IMG/VR virus record: IMGVR_UViG_3300030339_000027
Length of the DNA: 20,000 nt
Reading direction: 5' to 3' (one strand)
Source: an uncultured virus (IMG/VR IMGVR_UViG_3300030339_000027)
Taxonomy: Duplodnaviria > Heunggongvirae > Uroviricota > Caudoviricetes
Shown here: piece after piece, positions 10,131 through 17,594 of the stretch
How the letters are laid out: every line of letters begins with the position of its first letter
Position numbering within the stretch: position 1 is the stretch's first letter
The notes under the pieces: model-generated
What the model was told of the DNA's origin: nothing
Seen by the model: the letters and a program-made list of their open reading frames with translations, nothing else
Database searches by the model: none
Made by a program: the position numbers and the translations under genes

Positions 10131-10153
10131 GACTTTCGTCTCACATGGGGTAT
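10110..10153 (-). terminator. Intrinsic terminator
   Basis: Minus-strand RNA AUACCCCAUGUGAGAC-GAAA-GUCUUGCGUGGGGUAU followed by U8. The 16-bp stem has 3 G-U wobbles that pair only on this strand. Confidence 0.92.
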
Positions 10154-10155
10154 AA

Positions 10156-10395
10156 TTATTTTTCAATAGGTTTTCTAAAGGATCTTTTGATTTGATTAGA
10201 AAAACTAGGCTTGATTATCTGTCGTTTCTGTTTCCTAGATAATGTCTGGAATTTTTCCATAGTCTCAAGCATTTTTTTGTAATTTTCAGAGCTGTTTTGA
10301 ACTTCTTCCATTGTAGTAGGAGTACTAAAATCAAACGCTGGATCTCTATCATTGAGATTGTTTTCTTCTGAGTAGTTTATTAGTCTATCTTGCAT
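10156..10395 (-). CDS. Hypothetical protein (79 aa)
   Basis: Fills the operon gap, has an A-rich leader, and its stop sits immediately before the terminator. Confidence 0.7.
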   Translation of the reverse strand: MQDRLINYSEENNLNDRDPAFDFSTPTTMEEVQNSSENYKKMLETMEKFQTLSRKQKRQIIKPSFSNQIKRSFRKPIEK

Positions 10396-10401
10396 TTTTT
10401 A

Positions 10402-10596
10402 TTAATTAATAAATAACTGCCCATCTTCATCGACTTTTATCGAGCATGCACAATTAATTCCTCGTACACCTTCATCCACTTCAATATCATCAGAAAGCTT
10501 ACCATTTCCAAATTTAATTTGAACAAAATAAGCAGACCAAAATCCTGGATAAATTCCAGGAGCTATTATTGGATATTTTTCTAAACTTTTAGCCAT
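10402..10596 (-). CDS. Hypothetical protein (64 aa)
   Basis: TAATG overlap with the helicase stop codon. Confidence 0.7.
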   Translation of the reverse strand: MAKSLEKYPIIAPGIYPGFWSAYFVQIKFGNGKLSDDIEVDEGVRGINCACSIKVDEDGQLFIN

Positions 10597-11984
10597 TATT
10601 TGTAAATATGTGCTTTATGAGAAGCTCTAGAATAAGCAACATACTTAATCTTGTTTTTCTCAGCAATGTTAATATTTTTATTGATATTAGGTTCACTTAT
10701 AAAAGTATTAATATAAGTACTACCTTGTGCTTTATGACAACTTACAGCATAACCGTAATCGATGTCTTTAGTCTTTTTACTACCACTAGTGCAGTCTTGC
10801 ATAAGAGAATGATTTTCTTTAAAAGGAAAGTATTCTTCTGAGAAGCATTTTCTTCTATTTTTACTTTTTGGTGCAAAATGAAGTGCTTTTTGTAGTAATT
10901 CATCATGAGTTCTTAAGTAAGCCCACTCTCCTTTTAATGTAGGTTCTACTATAAAAATCTCATGCACAGTTATTCCACCCACTTCTTGTAATCCAGTAAT
11001 ATATCCTGGAACATTAAATGGACTCATAGCCCACTCAACCTTTTTTACTAGATAATCTTCTGAATTTTTTATAATAGCACCAGTAGCATCTCTTCCAATA
11101 TTAGAGTAACTCATTAATACATCTCCTATTACTAAGGGAAGAGTTTCCTCTGGAAATCTCATCTGACGTATGATAGTGTTCCATTGCCTTACTGATGCAT
11201 TGGTCCATGTAAGTAATTTAGCATACAAAGGATTCTCAATATACTCTTTCGAGCAGAATTTTAAGGCAAGTTGTTGTTTAAACTCTTCTAGATTAAACAC
11301 TTCTAACCCTTCTCCTAATGTATTTAATATAGTTTTAATCTCTACTTCATCAAGACTTTTTGTAGAATCTCTTAGCATATCATTTAATATAAGTAAAGGA
11401 TTTCCATCATTTTGTCTCTCAATTTTTGTTAAGGAGAATCTGGAGAGTTTTTCAGTAAAAACTTTACTTATCTTTTCTTTTATAGGGGGAATTTGAGCAG
11501 AATCTCCAATGAAGATTATCTTAACTCTAGTTCTTTTAGCTATAATCTTCAAATAATCAAAGAGATCATCATTAATCATAGAGGCCTCATCAATGATGAG
11601 AATCTCATATAGACTAATTTCATCTCGACCTGTTGGGTCAAATTGTAAATTATTTATATCAAAGTTCTCTACGTTTAAATTAGGAGAAAGGCCAAGGAGA
11701 GACTGTAAAGTCCTTCCTTGTTCCCCCGTAAATTTAGAGATCACTTTTAATGCTTTATGAGTAGGTGCTGAAACTACAGCATCTAATTTTAAAGAGTCTA
11801 GTAGTTTTTTAATACTACAGCTCTTACCGGTACCAGCAAAACCTTCAAGAACAAACATTTGCTCCTTAGTTTGAAGCCATGCTTTTATTGTTTCTATTGC
11901 TTCTATCTGTTGAGGATTCAGAGTTATCAGAATCCCGGATGGAAGAAGTAATTGATCATCAGGTAAATTATTCGTCAGTTTCAC
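10596..11984 (-). CDS. dda: SF1B DNA helicase, Dda/RecD-like
   Basis: Walker A GFAGTGKS, APTHKA, IIDEASM, GDSAQIPP, LTKIERQ, YGYAVSCHKAQGST and YVAYSRA. The GTG start overlaps the ligase end. Confidence 0.92.
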   Translation of the reverse strand: MKLTNNLPDDQLLLPSGILITLNPQQIEAIETIKAWLQTKEQMFVLEGFAGTGKSCSIKKLLDSLKLDAVVSAPTHKALKVISKFTGEQGRTLQSLLGLSPNLNVENFDINNLQFDPTGRDEISLYEILIIDEASMINDDLFDYLKIIAKRTRVKIIFIGDSAQIPPIKEKISKVFTEKLSRFSLTKIERQNDGNPLLILNDMLRDSTKSLDEVEIKTILNTLGEGLEVFNLEEFKQQLALKFCSKEYIENPLYAKLLTWTNASVRQWNTIIRQMRFPEETLPLVIGDVLMSYSNIGRDATGAIIKNSEDYLVKKVEWAMSPFNVPGYITGLQEVGGITVHEIFIVEPTLKGEWAYLRTHDELLQKALHFAPKSKNRRKCFSEEYFPFKENHSLMQDCTSGSKKTKDIDYGYAVSCHKAQGSTYINTFISEPNINKNINIAEKNKIKYVAYSRASHKAHIYK

Positions 11985-13125
11985 GTATACACTTGAATAT
12001 AGGTAGATTAGGCACTCCTTTTGGTGAGAGATGGAAGAATTTAATAGTAGCCATTTTTCCTATATAATCTTTAATATTTTCAAGATATTCAACTCTTTTA
12101 GCCACATTACCTGTGGGTTTAGCTTCAAATGCTATTCCTTTATCAGTAACTAAAGTGAACACCATATCCTCAGGACGAAGTCCTTTAGAACAACCGGTAA
12201 TTTTAAACTCTGCATCTTGCATGAGTTTTACCTTAATCATACGTTTATCACGCCCACCTATTTTATATGTAGCAGAAGCGTCTCTCCAAATACCTCCTTC
12301 ATAACCTTCTGAAATCCATTGGTCGTGGAGTTTCATAATAGTATCTATATCTTCAGATTCAATCTTAATGTGTTCAACTATAACTACTTTATCAGTAGTA
12401 GGTTGGATTTCTTTAAGAATTTTAAGTCTCTGCTCAAAAGTTAAGTCATCTGCTACAATATCAAAAATCCAATACTGTAAAGCATCATGTCTCTCCGGAA
12501 TATATTCTCTTTTGCGGGCATGTCCAGAAATTTCATCTAAGAATTTCCCGTGACAATATATTTCACCATCTAGTTGATAATCTGGATACTTGTCAAAGAA
12601 AGTCTTAAAACAACCATCTTTAACTATTTCAGTACAAGCAGGATCATAGTCCTTACCTCCTCTGCTTACAGTACCCATAAGTTTTTTAACCATCCTTACT
12701 CCGTCAAGTTTACGTGAAAGATAACCTATCTTTCCATTAATTATACGTAGTATTCTAGTTATAATAATTTTTCTAGCCTCATCTTCAGAGACTAATGAAT
12801 CTATTTTACCTCTAGAATCTAGAGCTAACATAGGTTTTTTATTTCCGTTTCTATCTGTTTTGTGTTCAATAAGGTCAGTAATCTCATCTTTATATCCTTT
12901 GTCATAGGCTTTATTTATAAGACTATTAAATTCTAATTCCATTTGAGTTTTAATACATCTACCTGCTTTTCCTATCTTTATTTCTAAAGTAGGTTGAGAG
13001 ACATCTGTTCCTCCAACTAAACCAGAGGATCTTTTAATTTCATATCCAGGAAATTTATCAATAACTTGAAAAGACACATATCGTGTCTTTCCTTTGCTAT
13101 CAACATTATACAATGTTTTATCCAT
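11968..13125 (-). CDS. ATP-dependent DNA ligase
   Basis: Motif I RKLDGVR, III LDGEIY, IIIa YWIFD, IV EGGIWR and V IKVK, followed by an OB-fold C-terminus. Confidence 0.93.
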   Translation of the reverse strand: MDKTLYNVDSKGKTRYVSFQVIDKFPGYEIKRSSGLVGGTDVSQPTLEIKIGKAGRCIKTQMELEFNSLINKAYDKGYKDEITDLIEHKTDRNGNKKPMLALDSRGKIDSLVSEDEARKIIITRILRIINGKIGYLSRKLDGVRMVKKLMGTVSRGGKDYDPACTEIVKDGCFKTFFDKYPDYQLDGEIYCHGKFLDEISGHARKREYIPERHDALQYWIFDIVADDLTFEQRLKILKEIQPTTDKVVIVEHIKIESEDIDTIMKLHDQWISEGYEGGIWRDASATYKIGGRDKRMIKVKLMQDAEFKITGCSKGLRPEDMVFTLVTDKGIAFEAKPTGNVAKRVEYLENIKDYIGKMATIKFFHLSPKGVPNLPIFKCIRETDE

Positions 13126-13444
13126 TTTTGTGATCTTCTATAAATTTGTCTAATAAAGATAATGCTTTCATTCTATCAGAATAATATCCGGACATTATAG
13201 CAGTTTTTAATTCTTCATAAATATCTCTTAAAGTATTTATCGGCAAGGGTTTTATTACCATAGGAATTATTTCTTTATACATAATTCCAGTTTCATCACT
13301 TCTCTCTGAGGGTAAACAACATGTATTAGAACATTCCCCTTTATATTCAAAATAACATCCAGCACATCCTTCTAATGGGTCAGGCACAACCATAAGAGTA
13401 ATACCTTTATAATCAAATGTATCCCCAATTTTATGCTCTTCCAT
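13118..13444 (-). CDS. Hypothetical Cys-rich, probably metal-binding protein (108 aa)
   Basis: Motif GCAGCYF-x5-CSNTCC-x4-RSD. Overlaps both neighbouring genes. Confidence 0.75.
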   Translation of the reverse strand: MEEHKIGDTFDYKGITLMVVPDPLEGCAGCYFEYKGECSNTCCLPSERSDETGIMYKEIIPMVIKPLPINTLRDIYEELKTAIMSGYYSDRMKALSLLDKFIEDHKNG

Positions 13445-14303
13445 AAATTATAAGATTTCTTGGTATATTATAAGGATTATTTCGTTTGAAATCAGAAGCA
13501 TCATGTCGTTTTTTAATTTTCAAATATACTTCTTCTTTTACAGTTGTAGGAAATCTAACCATCTTTAAAAGACATTGATCTACTTCAGCATAACTAGAAG
13601 CACCTAGTTGATCTAAATCACTATTTGTAATGCCTAGACCATCTGTAGGAGTAGCATCTATACAAGCTCCTAAAGCATAAGCTTCAGCTTGTTTATCTTC
13701 TAATTCCAATTGATTTACTAAATACTTAGATAAACCATATACTTCTGTTTTCCAGAGATTTTGAAACATTCCATAGTCACCAACGTCACCATGTAAAGTC
13801 CAGAAACCTAATAGATACTCAGTAAAGTTATCTGTGGAGAGAACCATGCCTTTATTATACTGAGCTAGATTGTAAAGATAAATCATTCTCATACGAGCTT
13901 TAATGTTACCCATACGTATCTTTTTCTCAAATTCTGATTCTTTTTTTAAAGGATCTATAATAAAAGTATCCATAGTGTGAGATAATTGCTGAAAAGGAAA
14001 TCCCAGATCCATCTCATGAAATTGAGTACAAAAATGTTTACCTATACCTAAGGCACGATTAATCTCATCTTTGTGATTACTCTGAATCGGAATACTTACT
14101 CCAATTAAAGGTATATTTAATTCATCACAAATAGGTTTAGCTAAAACTGCGCATAAAGCAGAATCAATACCTCCTGAAATTCCTAATACTAGAGATTTTA
14201 ATCCACTATTAGATAAGTAATCCATCAATTCTTTTCTTATGTTATCACACATCAATTCATAATCAGTTTGAATTTCTAATTGATACGTTGTATCTGTTAT
14301 CAT
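13431..14303 (-). CDS. nadE: NH3-dependent NAD+ synthetase family protein (no glutaminase domain)
   Basis: PP-loop LGISGGIDSA, GNIKARMRM, STDNFTE, GFWTLHGD, KTEVY, PTDGL and DLDQLG. Confidence 0.93.
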   Translation of the reverse strand: MITDTTYQLEIQTDYELMCDNIRKELMDYLSNSGLKSLVLGISGGIDSALCAVLAKPICDELNIPLIGVSIPIQSNHKDEINRALGIGKHFCTQFHEMDLGFPFQQLSHTMDTFIIDPLKKESEFEKKIRMGNIKARMRMIYLYNLAQYNKGMVLSTDNFTEYLLGFWTLHGDVGDYGMFQNLWKTEVYGLSKYLVNQLELEDKQAEAYALGACIDATPTDGLGITNSDLDQLGASSYAEVDQCLLKMVRFPTTVKEEVYLKIKKRHDASDFKRNNPYNIPRNLIIYGRA

Positions 14304-15451
14304 AATTTTAATTCTTTTTTACAGGTTATTATTTCTTCCGAATCACCAGTATTTTTTCCCAGATCATCTGAGATTTTAACTGTATGCTTATCACCAACTT
14401 TACTTAATTTAATTACTATATTTAAAGGTTTTATTCCAGTAATATCATTGGTTATATAAGTACCCACACCATAAGTTTTATCCAAGGTGGCATTAGGTCT
14501 ATAAGAGTCAATTGCATTAATTTTCTCTAAATTTAGAGAATCACTATACATCACTCCTTTAGCTTTTGCAATTTTATTGTCAAGTAAATATTTCAAAACT
14601 AAATCAGTATAAATTAATGGATCACCACTATCTTGTCTAAAACCATCTAATTCTCTAGCATCTTTAGGATCTAAATTACTAAAGAAATGTGTAGAAGTAT
14701 AAGTGTCTGTTAAGACTATATTTAACTTTTTATCATACACAGTTTTCCAAGTTTTCATAGCTTTTTCATTAGCTAAGATATATCCAAATTTAGCACCATG
14801 AAACATTATCCATTCATGAGCAGTAGTTCCTTTAATAGGAAGATTATGGATCATTCCAAAATACATATTACTGGTTCCTCTTAAACCATTATTCATTTTT
14901 AGAATACTGATAGCTAAGGATTGTGCTAATTTAGAAAATCTTCTACGAGTCCCAAACTCAATAATATGATAGTCTTTTTCAGACATAATCCTTCCTTTTT
15001 CGGCAGTACGAGTTTTAAAATCACTTAAACTTGTATTAGGATTTTCAATTTCAAAATATACTTGTGAAATTATAGCCATAAGTGGAACTTCCCAAAGGAT
15101 AATATTTTTCCAATTTCCTTTAATTTTTATAGATAAATTAGAACCTGATCCTGTAATAATTACATCTTCCGGATTAAATCTATAATTTTTAATAAATTCA
15201 AAAAAATCTTCGTCAAATAGAGAACCTAAATCTTTTCTTAAAAAAAGTTCTTCTATTTGAGTTAAACTAATATTTGACATAAGTTTAACTTGTTCTCGAA
15301 TTTCTGCACATACTTCTGGGGAAAATTCTCTTTTATCTCTATTATGGAATGTATACTCAACCTGTTCTGTAGGATAAGTTTTTAGTACAGCATTCAACAT
15401 TGTGCATTTGTACAAATCATTGTCTAAAAGACTAGTTATTATTTGGTTCAT
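14300..15451 (-). CDS. pncB: Nicotinate phosphoribosyltransferase
   Basis: SLLDNDLYK, EFGTRRR, GTSN, GTTAHEW (phospho-His motif), LTDTY, RQDSGDP, SDSLN, GVGT, IVIK and KISD. These are PncB-type signatures, not NAMPT (DSYK/AxEHS). Confidence 0.93.
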   Translation of the reverse strand: MNQIITSLLDNDLYKCTMLNAVLKTYPTEQVEYTFHNRDKREFSPEVCAEIREQVKLMSNISLTQIEELFLRKDLGSLFDEDFFEFIKNYRFNPEDVIITGSGSNLSIKIKGNWKNIILWEVPLMAIISQVYFEIENPNTSLSDFKTRTAEKGRIMSEKDYHIIEFGTRRRFSKLAQSLAISILKMNNGLRGTSNMYFGMIHNLPIKGTTAHEWIMFHGAKFGYILANEKAMKTWKTVYDKKLNIVLTDTYTSTHFFSNLDPKDARELDGFRQDSGDPLIYTDLVLKYLLDNKIAKAKGVMYSDSLNLEKINAIDSYRPNATLDKTYGVGTYITNDITGIKPLNIVIKLSKVGDKHTVKISDDLGKNTGDSEEIITCKKELKL

Positions 15452-15912
15452 GATGGTCTCATTATGTATTTATTAGTATTTTCAATCTCAGGCATTTCGA
15501 ATCCCTGTTCTTTGGCTCTCATCTTTTTATATTCTATAAATCGATTATTATAAAGTTCAGCTAAATCAGTTTGTACTCTTCTAAGTACCTCTAACTCATG
15601 TTCGGACCAGTATTTAGCGGCAACTCCTGCTTTAAAAGCAGCGTCATCATTAAATGGAGTTCTAAAATGGCCATAAACTTTAATTAGTCTAAAATACCAC
15701 CACACTCTTCTTTTATGTCTTTCTGGCCATCCACTCCTTCCTGTATGTTGTACTGTTATGTTACTAAAACTTACTCCAGAAAATATATTTCCTGAACTAC
15801 TTGCAGTTAGAGTACCTGTTGAGGTAATATTCCCTGAACTACTTGCAGTTAGAGTATCTGTTGAGGTAATACTACCACTCATTGCATTAACTACTATTGC
15901 GGGTTGTGTCAT
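15448..15912 (-). CDS. Hypothetical protein (154 aa) with a Ser/Thr-rich N-terminal repeat
   Basis: ATGA overlap with pncB. The start is moved from 15963 to the ATG at 15912 because 15923-15955 is a terminator. Confidence 0.7.
   Translation of the reverse strand: MTQPAIVVNAMSGSITSTDTLTASSSGNITSTGTLTASSSGNIFSGVSFSNITVQHTGRSGWPERHKRRVWWYFRLIKVYGHFRTPFNDDAAFKAGVAAKYWSEHELEVLRRVQTDLAELYNNRFIEYKKMRAKEQGFEMPEIENTNKYIMRPS
15785..15871. repeat. In-frame tandem duplication, 42-bp unit x ~2
   Basis: CCTGAACTACTTGCAGTTAGAGTA(C/T)CTGTTGAGGTAATA starts at 15791 and 15833. It encodes GSITSTDTLTASSS/GNITSTGTLTASSS. Confidence 0.95.
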
Positions 15913-15922
15913 ATCTAAATTT

Positions 15923-15955
15923 AAAAAAATAGCGAATCGGTTTCCCAATTCGCTA
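15923..15955 (-). terminator. Intrinsic terminator
   Basis: Minus-strand RNA UAGCGAAUUGG-GAAA-CCGAUUCGCUA followed by U7; 11-bp stem with one G-U pair. Confidence 0.88.
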
Positions 15956-15966
15956 AAAAACATTAA

Positions 15967-16422
15967 TTAAAATGGTAAGTCATTTGTGACTTCTATTTTT
16001 TTTACTTGCATAAACAAGTTTACATTTTTTTGGATGAAATCAATTTGCTGAACTAAAATAGCATTTACCATCTCACGACCTAATGCTCCTCTAGACTCGG
16101 TAGAGATTTGCATCATTTGTTTATTAGGTTTTAAAGCCCTACCCTCTGCAATCATAGTACCTTTCACAACATCATACTTATCAGTAGGGTTAGTAATAGA
16201 CAATCCGATAGAAAGTTCTTTAACTATTCTATCTTCATTCCAACGGGTAATAGTTTGGACTGATTTGCCTTTAATCACATCCCATTTGGTTTTTTGATTA
16301 GGCTCTTGGTATTTGACAACCTCCAATACTCCAACTATTACTGCATTATGTTGCACTGCATTACTGTCTGTGATAATAAATTCTTTTACAATTGTTTCAT
16401 GCGAATCTGAATCTTTTTTCAT
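15967..16422 (-). CDS. Phage hypothetical protein with a G-x-S-x3-P-x-D-x5-G-x2-IA-x2-RA motif and C-terminal DLPF
   Basis: Contains IGLSITNPTDKYDVVKGTMIAEGRA and ends ...TNDLPF. Confidence 0.75.
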   Translation of the reverse strand: MKKDSDSHETIVKEFIITDSNAVQHNAVIVGVLEVVKYQEPNQKTKWDVIKGKSVQTITRWNEDRIVKELSIGLSITNPTDKYDVVKGTMIAEGRALKPNKQMMQISTESRGALGREMVNAILVQQIDFIQKNVNLFMQVKKIEVTNDLPF

Positions 16423-16433
16423 GATCTTATTTT

Positions 16434-16898
16434 TTAAATTAACGGGATTGAATCCCCATATTTTTTATTAAGTGCTTTATTTATACCATCCAGAATTACT
16501 CTTGTTTCTGGGGTTACTCCGTCTACACTTGTAAGACGAAACATTTTTTTCCATTCATATTTAGAACCACTTACATAAAAATCTGTTCTTATCCCTAGTG
16601 GTAAAATTTTGAAGGCTATTTTAGGGGAAACCCCTGCTGCAATCAAACTGAAGTAATTAACTTCTGCTGCTGCACATCCATCATGATATATTAATTCTGC
16701 TAAAGAATTTTCTATCATAGTTTCAGGAGTGATGATAGAGATTTCATCTGCCCTAATATCATCTGAGATTGTTTTAACTTCTATATAAGAACTTATTTCT
16801 CTACAAACTAATGCATCACTAGTTATTGCAACTATTATGTTATCAGTCTCTCTAGATAATAAATCTATAATTTCAAAATGTGGTGTTATATATTTCAC
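16434..16898 (-). CDS. Degenerate ThyX-fold protein, probably catalytically inactive
   Basis: YFSLIAAGVSPKIAFKILPLGIRT...EWKKMFRL...PETR follows the ThyX C-terminal pattern, but RHRxxS is absent. GTGA overlap at the start. Confidence 0.65.
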   Translation of the reverse strand: MKYITPHFEIIDLLSRETDNIIVAITSDALVCREISSYIEVKTISDDIRADEISIITPETMIENSLAELIYHDGCAAAEVNYFSLIAAGVSPKIAFKILPLGIRTDFYVSGSKYEWKKMFRLTSVDGVTPETRVILDGINKALNKKYGDSIPLI

Positions 16899-17155
16899 TC
16901 TTCATTGGTTTTATAAGTAAAAGTCTTAATATCTGCACTTTGATGAAAACCATTTGCTTGACAAGATGGTTTAAATACTGTAACTTTTATTTCATAACAG
17001 TCTTCCACTTCATTGTAAGATAATCTGGTTTCACTACCAATAGTCTCACATTTTACAGTAGTAATAACTCCATGATTTCTAGAACCTACTCTACTTGCAG
17101 TTCCTTTACTTCCATACACATCACCAAACATAAAAAGTCCTTTAGGTTTAGCCAT
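16895..17155 (-). CDS. Hypothetical protein (86 aa)
   Basis: The likely start is the ATG at 17155 (MAKPKG), overlapping the dut stop, rather than 17194. Confidence 0.65.
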   Translation of the reverse strand: MAKPKGLFMFGDVYGSKGTASRVGSRNHGVITTVKCETIGSETRLSYNEVEDCYEIKVTVFKPSCQANGFHQSADIKTFTYKTNEE

Positions 17156-17594
17156 TAGCTTTTCTCCCATCGGTACCAGTATGGCCAAAGCCACCCTCGC
17201 CTCTTTCTGTTTCAGATAGTTCTACTGATTTTTCCCATTCTATTGACAAGACTTCAGCCCAAACAAGTTGAGCAATTCTATCTCCAGGATTAATTGTAAA
17301 TGGATCTTTAGAGAGATTTACAAGAATTACTTTGATTTCTCCTCTGTAATCAGCATCTATGGTTCCTGGGCTATTTAAGACCGTTACACCATGTTTAAAA
17401 GCTATTCCAGACTTTGGTCTCACTTGTATCTCAGATCCCTTAGGAACCTCTACAAATAGACCTGTAGGAATAGCAGCTCTCTCAAGCATACCTAAAATAA
17501 TAGGTTCTGTAATATTGGCACTAACGTCCATTCCCGCTGCCCATCTAGTTTCATATCTAGGCAATGCATTATCTGATTTGTTTATAATTTTCAT
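17148..17594 (-). CDS. dut: Trimeric dUTPase
   Basis: All five motifs present: AGMDV, RPKSG, GTIDADYRGEI, RIAQLV and RGEGGFGHTG. Confidence 0.96.
   Translation of the reverse strand: MKIINKSDNALPRYETRWAAGMDVSANITEPIILGMLERAAIPTGLFVEVPKGSEIQVRPKSGIAFKHGVTVLNSPGTIDADYRGEIKVILVNLSKDPFTINPGDRIAQLVWAEVLSIEWEKSVELSETERGEGGFGHTGTDGRKANG

Noticed and set aside
14300..15451. Calling this gene NAMPT/NadV (NARP2)
   Set aside because: It has DLYK and GTxAHEW rather than DSYK and AxEHS, and its partner is NadE rather than an NMN adenylyltransferase.
15785..15871. 42-bp repeat as a mini CRISPR array or attachment site
   Set aside because: The copies are directly adjacent with no spacer, and the period is a multiple of 3 within a CDS.
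15913..15963. N-terminal extension MFFSELGNRFAIFLNLD from the ORF track
   Set aside because: It coincides with a terminator hairpin and U-tract; the ATG at 15912 is more plausible.
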